Shown: piece after piece, positions 39,407 through 48,898 of the stretch | Layout: every line of letters starts with the position of its first letter | How positions within the stretch are numbered: position 1 is the stretch's first letter | From: an uncultured Bacteroidota bacterium | GTDB lineage: Bacteria > Bacteroidota > Bacteroidia > Bacteroidales > UBA12077 | Length of the DNA stretch: 64,000 nt | Reading direction: 5' to 3' | Assembly (NCBI GenBank): GCA_913055635.1 | Contig: CAJXLK010000020.1 | Location: forward strand, 3,214-67,213 | Translations under genes and position numbers: made by a program | Notes under the pieces: model-generated | Databases searched by the model: none | Seen by the model: the letters and a program-made list of their open reading frames with translations, nothing else | Told to the model about the DNA's origin: nothing

Positions 39407-41428
39407 TCATACAATTTTTTTCAAGGCGTCTTCAATGTTATGCAGGGGCTCCTGGCAGTTTTGTCCCTGACAGATGAAAATCTGTGTCTTGCCTAGTTTG
39501 AAGCGGTCTTTCAGGATGGGCAGGTTTCCTTCATGTGTTCCTCCGGCCAGAATCACACCCGGGTGATAAAGGTACTCAAAACGGCTGCGGTATTCTTCAG
39601 CCTTTCTACCAACGATGGCCACCTCATAGGGAGGATAGACGAACCAGATCATCAGGCTAAGCCAGTTGGAAAAATAGGCCGGTTCGCGGCTGATCATGGT
39701 ATGGGCCACCGCCAGCATTTTACGGGCCCGTTCAATATAGGCTTGTGAAGCAAAATACTGGCCAAGGATGAATAGGTTCCGGGCAAAGACAGCATTGGAG
39801 GAAGGCAATACGGCGTCGACCACTTCCTTTTTGTCATTTTTGACCGCGTTGTTTTGATCGGAGGCGTAAAGCAATAGGTTCTCATCGGGGCGGGTAAAAT
39901 GCTGCAGGGCATAATCGGTGATTTTATAGGCCCAGTCGACCCATTTGTCATCGAAGGTGATCTGATAAAGGCTCAGCAGGGCATCTGCCAGGAAAGCATA
40001 ATCATCGAGAAAGGCATCCACCGACGATTGCTCCCGGGCGTATATGCGTTTGAGCCGGTAGTCGCTTTCCAGCTGCCTGGATATCAGGCTTTCGGCACTG
40101 GAAAGGGCCACCCGCAGGTAGTCACGTTTTCCGGTGGCCTGAAAGCCATGGATAAATGATTTAATGGCCAGGGCGTTCCAGGCGACAATGACTTTATGGT
40201 CCAGTGCCGGTGGGGTCCGCTTTTTTCTTTTTTCCAGCAAAATCTTTTTGCCTTTTTCGATGATCTCATTAATCCGGCTTTCCGGTTTGTTGTATTGACG
40301 GGCTAAATCGGATATTTCTGCCGCTGGGCTCAGGATATTAACCCCCTCCCAATTGCCTTTTTTGCTGATGCCATAATAATCCTTAAATACCTCGGCATCC
40401 TGATACAGTAAAAGATCAATTTCATAACTGCCCCATGTATAGTATCTTCCCTCCCCGTCCTCACTATCGGCATCCAGGGAAGAATAAAAAAGGTGATCTT
40501 CCGAGAGCATTTCATTTTGAAGGAAGTTAAGGGTTTCAGCGGCAACCTGCTGAAAGAATTTTTCTTTGGTCAATAGGTAAACCTGGCTGTAGAGGCTTGC
40601 CAGCAAGGCATTGTCGTAGAGCATCTTTTCGAAGTGCGGTACGAACCATTGCTCATCGGTTGAATAGCGTGCGAAACCACCTCCAAGATGATCATATATG
40701 CCCCCGTTTGCCATTTTTTTCAGGGTCAGTTGAATGTGATCGAGCAGCTTTTGATCGTTGGTTTCAAAATAATATTGAAGCAGAAACTGATATAGCACCG
40801 GCATAGGAAACTTAGGGGCGCCTTTTAATCCCCCGTTTTTCGTGTCGAAGCGCCTGCGGATGCGATTGATATGATTTTCCAGTTCATCGCCTTGAAAACC
40901 CTCAAGGGTTTGAGTGGCCTCGGAAATTTGCAGATGTTGCACCCCCTGTTCGATCTGATCGGCCTGTTGGCGTAGTCTTTGAGGCTCCTGTTGGTAAACC
41001 CGGGCGAGTTGGGTCAGGGTATGGATCCAACGTTCTTTGGGGAAGTAGGTGCCTCCCAGCACGGGACGGCCATCGGGCAAGGCAAAAACATTCAGCGGCC
41101 ATCCCCCGCCCCCGGTGATTACCTGAACGGCCTCCATATAGTAATGGTCGATGTCGGGGCGCTCTTCACGGTCGACCTTGATGCTGATAAAGTGTTCGTT
41201 CATGATTGTGGCTACTTCAGGATCATGAAAACACTCCCGCTCCATGACATGGCACCAGTGACAAGCCGAATACCCAATGCTGATCAGCACCAGTTTGTTT
41301 TGTTGCCTGGCCTTTTCAAAAGCTTCTTCCCCCCACGGAAACCAGTCGACCGGATTGTCTGCATGCTGCAACAAATAAGGACTTGTCTGATGGATCAAGC
41401 CGTTGGATGATTGGTTGTTTTCCTCCAT
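39407..41428 (-). CDS. Thioredoxin domain-containing protein (DUF255 / YyaL family)
   Basis: The N-terminus [22 protein letters not shown] and the CHWCHVME motif fit this family. A long alpha/alpha-toroid-like C-terminal region follows. The start is taken at ATG 41428. Confidence 0.88.
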   Translation of the reverse strand: MEENNQSSNGLIHQTSPYLLQHADNPVDWFPWGEEAFEKARQQNKLVLISIGYSACHWCHVMERECFHDPEVATIMNEHFISIKVDREERPDIDHYYMEAVQVITGGGGWPLNVFALPDGRPVLGGTYFPKERWIHTLTQLARVYQQEPQRLRQQADQIEQGVQHLQISEATQTLEGFQGDELENHINRIRRRFDTKNGGLKGAPKFPMPVLYQFLLQYYFETNDQKLLDHIQLTLKKMANGGIYDHLGGGFARYSTDEQWFVPHFEKMLYDNALLASLYSQVYLLTKEKFFQQVAAETLNFLQNEMLSEDHLFYSSLDADSEDGEGRYYTWGSYEIDLLLYQDAEVFKDYYGISKKGNWEGVNILSPAAEISDLARQYNKPESRINEIIEKGKKILLEKRKKRTPPALDHKVIVAWNALAIKSFIHGFQATGKRDYLRVALSSAESLISRQLESDYRLKRIYAREQSSVDAFLDDYAFLADALLSLYQITFDDKWVDWAYKITDYALQHFTRPDENLLLYASDQNNAVKNDKKEVVDAVLPSSNAVFARNLFILGQYFASQAYIERARKMLAVAHTMISREPAYFSNWLSLMIWFVYPPYEVAIVGRKAEEYRSRFEYLYHPGVILAGGTHEGNLPILKDRFKLGKTQIFICQGQNCQEPLHNIEDALKKIV

Positions 41429-41522
41429 AGCCAATGATTTTGTCCTTTATAACAATTCAGACTAAATAAATGTTGAAGGCCACTGGCAATTTGGATGGGG
41501 AGGAATGGATTTAATGATCCCA

Positions 41523-41894
41523 TCATTTTACCCGGACGGCAAAATGCTTTGTTTGCACAGGCTCTTCCTCGCCGGGTCTTTGATAAACAAATTTGAGCAG
41601 GTACCTGCCTTTTTTGTTGGTTTCGAATTTCCAGGATTTGGTGCCGCCGGCACCCAACCGGGGTTTGTTGGTGGGATTGGGTTTCGGGGTGTAGGATTCT
41701 TCCATCAGGCTGATTCCGGATTTTTCCAGGCCTTTGGTGATTCTCCATTGATATCCGGTTGAAGGATTGCTTTCCAGCTTGATGACAAATTCTTCACCGG
41801 GAGAAAGTTTGTATTCCCGCTCGGGCTGGACTGAAGCACAAGATGCCATGCCAATCACAAGCAGGGTGAGGATCATTGTAGAAATGGGTTTCAT
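41523..41894 (-). CDS. Protease inhibitor I42 family (chagasin-like) lipoprotein
   Basis: ATG 41894 gives MKPISTMILTLLVIGMASC, which has a lipobox. The signature NPSTGYQW is present. The longer ORF to 41948 runs through a repeat element and is probably not translated. Confidence 0.75.
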   Translation of the reverse strand: MKPISTMILTLLVIGMASCASVQPEREYKLSPGEEFVIKLESNPSTGYQWRITKGLEKSGISLMEESYTPKPNPTNKPRLGAGGTKSWKFETNKKGRYLLKFVYQRPGEEEPVQTKHFAVRVK

Positions 41895-41927
41895 AGGGCG
41901 AGAGGTTTTAACGTTAGAAATGAAACA

Positions 41928-42007
41928 CCCCCCGCTTAGCGGGGTCAATAACCACCCCCGCTTAGCGGGGTCAATACAAAAGATACTTATCCCGCTTGAC
42001 GGGGTGG
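41928..42007. repeat. Three copies of the REP-like palindromic element (same family as 18983-19134)
   Basis: Cores CCCCGCTTAGCGGGG at 41930-41944 and 41956-41970 have a 26-nt period, the same as copies 1 and 2 at the other locus. A degenerate copy CCCGCTTGACGGGG is at 41991-42004. Confidence 0.85.
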
Positions 42008-42040
42008 TTTAGCAAACCTTGTTCAGCTAAGCCGCTTAAC

Positions 42041-42166
42041 TTAGCTCGCTTAACTTAGCTCACTTAACTTAGCTCACTTGGCTTAGCTCACTTGGTTTAG
42101 CTCACTTGGTTTAGCTCACTTAGCTTAGCTCACTTGGTTTAGCTCACTTAGCTTAGCTCACTTGGC
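42041..42166. repeat. 14-nt tandem repeat TTAGCTCACTTRGY, 9 units (plus degenerate flanking units)
   Basis: Units start every 14 nt from 42041 to 42153. Variation is confined to positions 8 and 11-14. The unit length is not a multiple of 3. Confidence 0.9.
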
Positions 42167-42169
42167 TTA

Positions 42170-42200
42170 TCCCGTTAAGCGGACTCCGCTAAGCGGGGTG
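42170..42200. repeat. Two further degenerate palindromic copies closing the array
   Basis: TCCCGTTAAGCGGA is followed by CTCCGCTAAGCGGGGTG. The loop here is TAA, versus TTA in the left-hand copies. TTTTT follows on the plus strand. Confidence 0.6.
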
Positions 42201-42219
42201 TTTTTCATCCATAAAGGTA

Positions 42220-43392
42220 CTAAATTTTCCGGATTGCCTGTTCGATATGGGTCAAAACTTTCTCCAGGGTATGGCGGGGGCAGCCAAAATTCAGGCGTTG
42301 GAACCCCCTGCCGTTTTCACCGAAGGAAGCTCCGTCATTGAGGCCGACGCGGGCCTGATCGATCATGAATGCATTGATTTTGTCATTGTCGATGGGCAGA
42401 TTCCGGCAGTCGAGCCAGGCAAGGAAAGTGCCTTCGGGCCTGACCAGGTCGATGCCATCAAGCCTGTGGCGGGTGTATTGTTCAATGACCTGGAGGTTGC
42501 CCTGGAGGTATTCGAGCAGTTCATCCAGCCACTGATCGCCATGGTTGTAAGCTGCTTCCAGGGCAACGGTTCCGAAGATGTTGCCTTTGTTCAGGTGGAT
42601 GCTGGTGACCATATGGTTAAAGGCTTTCCGCAGGCGGGCATTGGGTATGATTCCCACTGAGGTGGCCAGTCCGGCCACGTTGAATGTTTTACTGGGAGCG
42701 ATAAAAGTGATGGTATGGTCGGCGATTTGGTCAGAGATGGAAGCCATTGGAATGTAATGGTGGCCCGAAAAGACGATGTCCGAGTGGATTTCATCGGCAA
42801 TGATGGTGGCTCCGTAACGGATGCACAGCTCCCCCATGGCTTTAAGTTCTTGCCGGGTCCAGACCGAACCACCGGGATTATGCGGATTGGAAAGGATGAA
42901 GAGCTGAACCCCGTTTTTTAGCTGGTGTTCAAAATCCTCCAGGTCAACATGATACCGTCCGTTTTTCAGGATGAGCCTGTTTTCGACGAGTTGACGGTTG
43001 TTGTTGTGGATGGCATGAAAAAAAGGAAAATACACGGGCGGCTGGATCATCACTTTGTCTCCTGGTTGGGTCAGGGCCAGAAGCGCCAGGTTCACCCCCG
43101 GTACGATCCCGGGGGTGAAGGTCAGCCAGTTGGATTGAACCTGCCACTGATATCTTCTTTGTGTCCATCTTATGGCCGCCTGAAAAAACGATTCGGGATG
43201 GAAGCTGTATCCATAAACCTCGTGGGAAGCCCGCTGCTGAATGGCACTGGCTACCGCCGGGGGTGCCTTGAAATCCATATCGGCCACCCACATGGGAATG
43301 ACATCTTCCCGCCCGAAAAGCTTTCTGCGTAAATCGTATTTGACACTGTGGGTGTTTTCCCTGTTCAGCGGCTCATCAAAATTATGATGCAT
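42220..43392 (-). CDS. PLP-dependent aminotransferase-fold C-S lyase (MalY/PatB family cystathionine beta-lyase)
   Basis: 390-aa ORF with N-terminal NRENTHSVKYD and MWVADMDF. The PLP-Lys context is APSKTFNVAGL. Confidence 0.85.
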   Translation of the reverse strand: MHHNFDEPLNRENTHSVKYDLRRKLFGREDVIPMWVADMDFKAPPAVASAIQQRASHEVYGYSFHPESFFQAAIRWTQRRYQWQVQSNWLTFTPGIVPGVNLALLALTQPGDKVMIQPPVYFPFFHAIHNNNRQLVENRLILKNGRYHVDLEDFEHQLKNGVQLFILSNPHNPGGSVWTRQELKAMGELCIRYGATIIADEIHSDIVFSGHHYIPMASISDQIADHTITFIAPSKTFNVAGLATSVGIIPNARLRKAFNHMVTSIHLNKGNIFGTVALEAAYNHGDQWLDELLEYLQGNLQVIEQYTRHRLDGIDLVRPEGTFLAWLDCRNLPIDNDKINAFMIDQARVGLNDGASFGENGRGFQRLNFGCPRHTLEKVLTHIEQAIRKI

Positions 43393-43397
43393 GGTCC

Positions 43398-44036
43398 CTA
43401 TTTTGTAAATCCAACGCTCTGACTGTAAACAACGTGTTGATGGTCCTTCAGGTTCAAAGCTTCGGCTATTTTCTCTTTATCAATCCAACCCCGGAATACG
43501 GTATTCAGGCCCTCAGAGGCACAAAACAGGTACACATTCTGGCCGATGAATCCGCTGTGGGTGGCAGCCGTCTGTTTTTTCTGCTGTTCACTGGCGTTGG
43601 AATATTTTGTGAAGTCGGATACATAGACCAGGTTGACAGCGGCCTGGCCGACAAAATCCTGCTTACCCATCTCCGGGCGCACATCCTTAGATGTAACCTG
43701 GCGCAGGGCGTTTTTTTCGGGAAGGTATAAAAAGGCCCCATCCCGGGTCACTGCATAGATCTGAATGTCCTGCACATTATGGGAAGAAGGCGCTGTTCTT
43801 TTGCCTGATTCAGGGCGGTTGATTCCAAAGGCCGACCATAGCAGGTTGCTCATCATCTGATCGCTCATGGTTTGATCAGCGAATGAACGCGAAGAATGCC
43901 TCTGAGAAAGTACTTCCATCAGGGGTTTGCCTCCCTGTTTTTCCGGTGCCGGTAATTCTTTGATTTGTTGAGCCTCAACGGCCGGCCCACTAAAGAGCAG
44001 GGCCAAGAATAGTGCGGTAAAAATGCGTTTTGTCAT
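43398..44036 (-). CDS. Nitroreductase family protein with Sec-type signal peptide
   Basis: 212-aa ORF with the leader MTKRIFTALFLALLFSGPAVEA. The nitroreductase-like core includes RHSSRSF and SAFGINRP. Confidence 0.78.
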   Translation of the reverse strand: MTKRIFTALFLALLFSGPAVEAQQIKELPAPEKQGGKPLMEVLSQRHSSRSFADQTMSDQMMSNLLWSAFGINRPESGKRTAPSSHNVQDIQIYAVTRDGAFLYLPEKNALRQVTSKDVRPEMGKQDFVGQAAVNLVYVSDFTKYSNASEQQKKQTAATHSGFIGQNVYLFCASEGLNTVFRGWIDKEKIAEALNLKDHQHVVYSQSVGFTK

Positions 44037-44046
44037 AATGCAGGTG

Positions 44047-44427
44047 TTATAGATTCGACATGAATTTTTCTTTGTTGATGATATAGCGAATGTGGGTTCC
44101 TTTGCCTACCACCTCTTTGCCCTGGCGTACCTCCACGTCAAAGGTCAGCTTTTTTTCTGCCACTTCCGTCAAAAGCGCTTCACATTCCACGGTTTTTCCA
44201 ACGGGAGTGGGCTGAAGATGGCGGATGTTAAGCTCAAAGCCCACCGTATCATGGCCTTCTGACAGATAGGGTGAAACGGTTTTAAGGGCGGTGTTTTCCA
44301 TCAGGGCAATCATAGCCGGGGTGGCCAGTACCTCAAGGGTGCCCGAACCATAGTTGGTGGCCGTGTCCTGATCGGCCACTTTCTTGTGCTCATGATGGCT
44401 GATGCCGGCTTCCAGTTCTTTTTTCAT
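44047..44427 (-). CDS. Hotdog-fold thioesterase (FlK/COG5496-like)
   Basis: ATG at 44427. The pattern TNYGSGTLEVLATPAMIALMENTA...GFELNIRHLQPTPVG is typical of this small thioesterase family. Confidence 0.7.
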   Translation of the reverse strand: MKKELEAGISHHEHKKVADQDTATNYGSGTLEVLATPAMIALMENTALKTVSPYLSEGHDTVGFELNIRHLQPTPVGKTVECEALLTEVAEKKLTFDVEVRQGKEVVGKGTHIRYIINKEKFMSNL

Positions 44428-44659
44428 AATCCAAGGTGTTTCAGATTTTGACGATTCCTCCAATCTGCCTGGACATCAATGTGCCAGGAGTTTTATTGAA
44501 AGTCTCGTTCAATGCATGATAAAATAAAAGGCTACCCCGGGGAAAAACCGGGAAAAGATTATGCAAACCGGCCCCCTTTATCGGGCAGGCTGATGCATTC
44601 CACTCCATAATAGAGGATCTCCAGGCCAATAAGGTCGCTCCATTGGCAACCAACGGGAT

Positions 44660-45865
44660 CTATTCCATCTGATTGAGTTTGTCGGCCATGGCCTGAGCCA
44701 GCTGATCACACTGTTCAAAGGTCTGCTGGTCAGCAACCCCTTGGGCTTCAACAGGCTCGGCAACCATTTCCCAGTCGGTTTTTTCGGCAAATTCGGTGAG
44801 CTTCTTTACACCCCCGCCATTCCAGGAGAAAGAGCCGAAGATGCCCAGATAATGATTCTTGGCGCCAATATGCTCGAGGGTATTGGTTAAATGTTCCATG
44901 GTCGGTACCATTTGGGTGTTGTATGCGCTGCTGCCCAACACGACCCCACGGTAACGCCACACCTCATTAATTAAATGCGAAAGGTGGGTCTTCGAAGCAT
45001 CCCTTACCCGAATGTTTTTAATTCCCTTTTCCGCTATCCGGCGGGCAATGTAATCGGCCATTTTCTCGGTGTTGCCATACATAGAGCCAAAGATCAACAC
45101 CACACCCTTTTCCGATTCAAAGCGGCTCCACTGATCATAAAGCGATAGCACCCGGTTGGGATCGTGCCGCCATACCGGGCCATGGGTGGCAGCTACTATA
45201 TTGATGTCAATGCCTTCCAGCTTCTTGAAGGCTTTTTGAACCATGTTCGAATACTTACCAACAATATTGGAGAAGTACCGCCGCATTTCTTCCCGGTAAA
45301 AATCAAAGTTGATCTCATCATCAAAAATGCCCCCATCCAGCGAACCAAAACTTCCAAAGGCATCTCCAGAAAAAAGAATTTTTTGGGTTTTTTCATAGGT
45401 CATCATCGTCTCGGGCCAATGAACCCAGGGGGTCATGATGAATTTTAAGGTGTGGTGGCCCAGATCAATTTCTTCCTCTTTCTTAACCCCATAATGATTG
45501 GATTCCAGACCATAATATGCAGAGAGAATTTTGAAGGTTTTCTGGTTTCCCACGATCCGGATCTCCGGGTATTGATTGACCAGTGCCCGAATGGCCCCGG
45601 AATGATCCGGTTCCATGTGGTTGACCACCAGGTAATCCACTTTGCGCTCTGAGCCTATGATGCTTTGAATTTTGTCAATGTATTCTTCGGCTGAACTGTG
45701 TTCGACCGTATCGATCAAGGCTACTTTATCGTCATCGATCAGATAAGAGTTATAGGCAATGCCATTTTCCAGGGGCCAGAGATTCTCAAATAAACGTGTT
45801 TTGCGGTCGTTGACCCCTATCCAATGCACAGATTCAGTTAATTGAACGGTGTGATGCATATCCAT
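44660..45865 (-). CDS. FprA-family A-type flavoprotein (flavodiiron protein)
   Basis: 401-aa ORF. The metallo-beta-lactamase-like domain carries the di-iron motif HMEPDHSG. A C-terminal flavodoxin-like domain follows (VVLIFGSMYGNTEKMA). Confidence 0.9.
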   Translation of the reverse strand: MDMHHTVQLTESVHWIGVNDRKTRLFENLWPLENGIAYNSYLIDDDKVALIDTVEHSSAEEYIDKIQSIIGSERKVDYLVVNHMEPDHSGAIRALVNQYPEIRIVGNQKTFKILSAYYGLESNHYGVKKEEEIDLGHHTLKFIMTPWVHWPETMMTYEKTQKILFSGDAFGSFGSLDGGIFDDEINFDFYREEMRRYFSNIVGKYSNMVQKAFKKLEGIDINIVAATHGPVWRHDPNRVLSLYDQWSRFESEKGVVLIFGSMYGNTEKMADYIARRIAEKGIKNIRVRDASKTHLSHLINEVWRYRGVVLGSSAYNTQMVPTMEHLTNTLEHIGAKNHYLGIFGSFSWNGGGVKKLTEFAEKTDWEMVAEPVEAQGVADQQTFEQCDQLAQAMADKLNQME

Positions 45866-46098
45866 TGATTTTAGTTGAGTGAAACGTTCATGGTCCGATC
45901 ATCTTTCCCTTTCCCTTGGTAAGGGTTATAATGATCTTATCATGATTTATTTATAGATGGTCATGGATGAAATTTTTTATCATCCCATCCTGTCGAGGAC
46001 AAAAATAATGAAATAAATAAAATGAAAATAAGAGTTATGGTTCTTGTTTTTTCTCTTTTTCCTAAATTTGTTGGCTTTCAACTTTTACATGAATCATT

Positions 46099-46917
46099 AT
46101 GGAGGATAACAAAAGTACCGGTTGGTTTTATCCCACATTGTTCCAGGGCCTTGGTATCGTTTTTTTGTTTATTTTATTATCGATGATCACCGGAATGTTC
46201 ATTTCTCTGGGTTATCTCCTGGGCAAGCCAGCATTAAAAGATTTTGTAGAAATGTTGGGTTATCTGCTGGCAGCAGGCGGAACGCTGCTGGTGGTTATGC
46301 GGGTTAAAAGGAAAGTTTACCAGGAGCAACAAACTTTCAATCATCAGCCGGTGGCCCCGCTGAACCTATTTATTGTAATTGGCCTCACCTTGCTGGGCCT
46401 GTTGGCGATTGACCCCCTGACCAATCTGCTTCCGATGCCAGAAGAGGTAAAGAAACTGTTCGAGCAGATGTTCAGCAAGACCCTGCCAGCTTTTTTCACA
46501 GCGGTTGTTTTTGCGCCTCTTTTGGAGGAGTTGATATTCAGGGGCATTATTTTAGAGGGTTTTTTAAAGAATTATTCACCGGTAAAAGCCATCATCTGGA
46601 CCAATGTGCTTTTTGGTCTGGCTCATCTTAACCCCTGGCAGTTTATCGGAGCCTTCCTGATGGGCATTCTTATAAGCTGGGTATATTTTAAATCGCGCAA
46701 CCTGCTCCTGCCCATCCTGATGCATTTGGTCAACAACCTGGTCAGTTACCTCTTCCTGTATCTCTCGGATGTACCTTTTTCAGAGGCATCCTTGAAAAAA
46801 CTCTTTTCCACCCCCGGTCTTTACATCACATTGGTTTTGGGTGGCATTGGATTGCTGGTGTTGTTTTTTGTTGTTTTTGCCAAATACTTCCCCTTTCGGC
46901 GAAAGCGCATTGGATAA
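46099..46917 (+). CDS. CPBP family intramembrane glutamic endopeptidase (CAAX protease-like)
   Basis: 272-aa multi-pass membrane ORF with the motifs EELIFRG, FGLAHL and HLVNN. Confidence 0.85.
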   Translation: MEDNKSTGWFYPTLFQGLGIVFLFILLSMITGMFISLGYLLGKPALKDFVEMLGYLLAAGGTLLVVMRVKRKVYQEQQTFNHQPVAPLNLFIVIGLTLLGLLAIDPLTNLLPMPEEVKKLFEQMFSKTLPAFFTAVVFAPLLEELIFRGIILEGFLKNYSPVKAIIWTNVLFGLAHLNPWQFIGAFLMGILISWVYFKSRNLLLPILMHLVNNLVSYLFLYLSDVPFSEASLKKLFSTPGLYITLVLGGIGLLVLFFVVFAKYFPFRRKRIG

Positions 46918-47039
46918 GGCAGCCCGCCATCTATTTGGAAAAATGGTGCTGAAGAAAACCAACTATTCATCCGGGGCGGAGTGCCCGGTGTGAAAACGCG
47001 ATGGCTCGGCCCGAAAGATTGATCCCCCGGGCCGGAAGC

Positions 47040-48038
47040 TCATACAGCGTGATTTTTTCCTGCAAAATGTTTCATGAACTGCATCCTGTAGTAGGCTGCA
47101 GCGTTCTCTGTGCGTTTGGTGCTGAGCATGCCCCTGAATTCATCCAGGTTGCTGTATCCTTTCTGATCCATCCAGTCGTTAATCTCTCGCAGCATGGTTC
47201 GAATGTGGCCTTTGCCATTTTTGTAGAGGGCTGAAGCCACCTGAACAGCTTTGGCTCCGGCCAGGAATTGTTTGATGGCGCCGGCCCCGTCATGGATACC
47301 GGTGGATGCTGCCAGGTCGCAGCCTGCGCGGTCTGACATGATGCCGATCCAGCGCAAGGGCATGGTGATCTCTGAGGGTTGGCTTAAAACATTGGAAGAG
47401 ACTGTCTTGAGTTTGTCGATGTCAATGTCCGGGCTGTAAAAACGGTTGAACAAAACCAATCCATCAATGCCCGAATGCGTGAGTTGCTGGATCAATGGAC
47501 CCAGATTGTTTGAATAATAACTTATTTTCAGGGAAAGAGGAATGTTGATGTGCTTTAAAACGGCTTCAATGACATCAAAAAACATCTTTTCCCGCTCATC
47601 ACAGGTTTTATCAAAGTCCGATGGCATAATGAACATATTCAGCTCCAGGGCGTCTGCACCGGCATCCTGAATATACTGGGCATAGGAAGGCCATTTTTCA
47701 CTGGAAACACAATTGATCGAAGCAATTACCGGTATGGAGGCCTTTTTTTTGGCCTCGCTGATCATTCCCAGGTATTGGGTAAGGGCATCATCAGAGGCAA
47801 AATCATCATAAAAATCGATGGTTTCCGGATAAATGAATTCATTGCGGGCCATGGCTTTTTGGTCGCGCTCCAAATAAAGACGGATCTCTTCCTCGAAGAT
47901 CGATTTGAGGACCACGGCCCCTGCCCCGTTTTTTTCGAATTCGACAATGTCATCTACCGAGTTGGTTAAACCTGAACTCGCTGCAATGACCGGGCTGGCA
48001 AGATCCAACCCCATGTATTTTGTCTTTAAATCTGCCAT
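47040..48038 (-). CDS. Dihydroorotate dehydrogenase-like TIM-barrel flavoprotein (paralogue of unknown substrate)
   Basis: 332-aa ORF with the N-terminus MGLDLASPVIAASSG and class-1-DHOD-like spacing. The catalytic loop reads ELNMFIMPSD instead of ELNLSCPN. Confidence 0.78.
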   Translation of the reverse strand: MADLKTKYMGLDLASPVIAASSGLTNSVDDIVEFEKNGAGAVVLKSIFEEEIRLYLERDQKAMARNEFIYPETIDFYDDFASDDALTQYLGMISEAKKKASIPVIASINCVSSEKWPSYAQYIQDAGADALELNMFIMPSDFDKTCDEREKMFFDVIEAVLKHINIPLSLKISYYSNNLGPLIQQLTHSGIDGLVLFNRFYSPDIDIDKLKTVSSNVLSQPSEITMPLRWIGIMSDRAGCDLAASTGIHDGAGAIKQFLAGAKAVQVASALYKNGKGHIRTMLREINDWMDQKGYSNLDEFRGMLSTKRTENAAAYYRMQFMKHFAGKNHAV

Positions 48039-48342
48039 AATGTTTTGTTTTTGAATTGGGTTAATCTATGTAAATGTAACTTTTCTTCCTTAGATAATCA
48101 ACAGGAATCGCCACGGGATTGTTTCAAGAAATTGTTTTTGGGAAAGGAAAAACAATTTAGGTCACCTTCGTATTAAACACAGCTCATCTTAACCTGTGGC
48201 GGTTGGTCAGGTCTGTTAAAGGAAGTTTGGTTAAGGCGGGCGGATAAGGCTCAGGTCAGAGGTTGTAGATCGTTTTTGGAAAAAAAACAGCACGGAGGGT
48301 ATATCATCTCAAAGCACCGGGGCCAATAGTGGCCCCAAAAAT

Positions 48343-48357
48343 AGCCTTTCGAAGGCT
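48343..48357 (-). terminator. Probable terminator after the DUF1987 gene
   Basis: Stem AGCCTT / AAGGCT with a 3-nt loop. On the minus strand it is followed by ATTTTT. A second hairpin GGGGCCA...TGGCCCC lies at 48319-48336. Confidence 0.45.
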
Positions 48358-48358
48358 T

Positions 48359-48742
48359 TTAGTATTCCAGGATGTTGATGTGAAGGCCCGATTCTGTCTC
48401 GAAATCTTCGATTTCATGAATCATCTCCGGATCATCCGGGTCATAATACCAGTTCACCTCTACTTCTCCTCCCTCATCCTGGTATTTTTTTAAAATTTCA
48501 AACATATCCAGCAAACACTTGGTTGCACTGGTATTGAAGTACAACAGTTGGATATTCAATTGCAATTTTTGACCAGTCGTTTTAATATACTCATCCAGCC
48601 AATTCATCAGGGGCAGATAAAAAGTATTGGTCGATTCCATATAAGACTCCCCTTTGATCTCACATACACCTGTCTGTGCATCAAAATGCACTTCAGGCTT
48701 GTCAGGGTTGTCCGAATTTCTCGGAATGTGGATGCTTTCCAT
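48359..48742 (-). CDS. DUF1987 domain-containing protein (SiaC-family regulatory phosphoprotein-like)
   Basis: The pattern PEVHFDAQTGVCEIKGESYMES...YLPLMNWLDEY...LYFNTSATKCL fits DUF1987. The start is taken at ATG 48742 because the ORF track start at 48781 is TTG. Confidence 0.72.
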   Translation of the reverse strand: MESIHIPRNSDNPDKPEVHFDAQTGVCEIKGESYMESTNTFYLPLMNWLDEYIKTTGQKLQLNIQLLYFNTSATKCLLDMFEILKKYQDEGGEVEVNWYYDPDDPEMIHEIEDFETESGLHINILEY

Positions 48743-48898
48743 GAGCGAAGCGTTTATCAATTCATGCTGTTGGTTACCCAAATTTATTAATAATTCGCAC
48801 GTGAACGTTAAACCAACCCCCGTTTTTTTCGTACAAAGTACACAAAAATTGGCTGAATTATTTGTATTTAATAAGTTTTTTGAGTTAAATTTGAACGA

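Noticed and set aside
44441-44653. 70-aa ORF filling the FprA-thioesterase spacer
   Set aside because: It is not ATG-initiated in a convincing context and its composition is odd. It overlaps the thioesterase ORF extension. The spacer more likely holds the FprA terminator and the thioesterase promoter.
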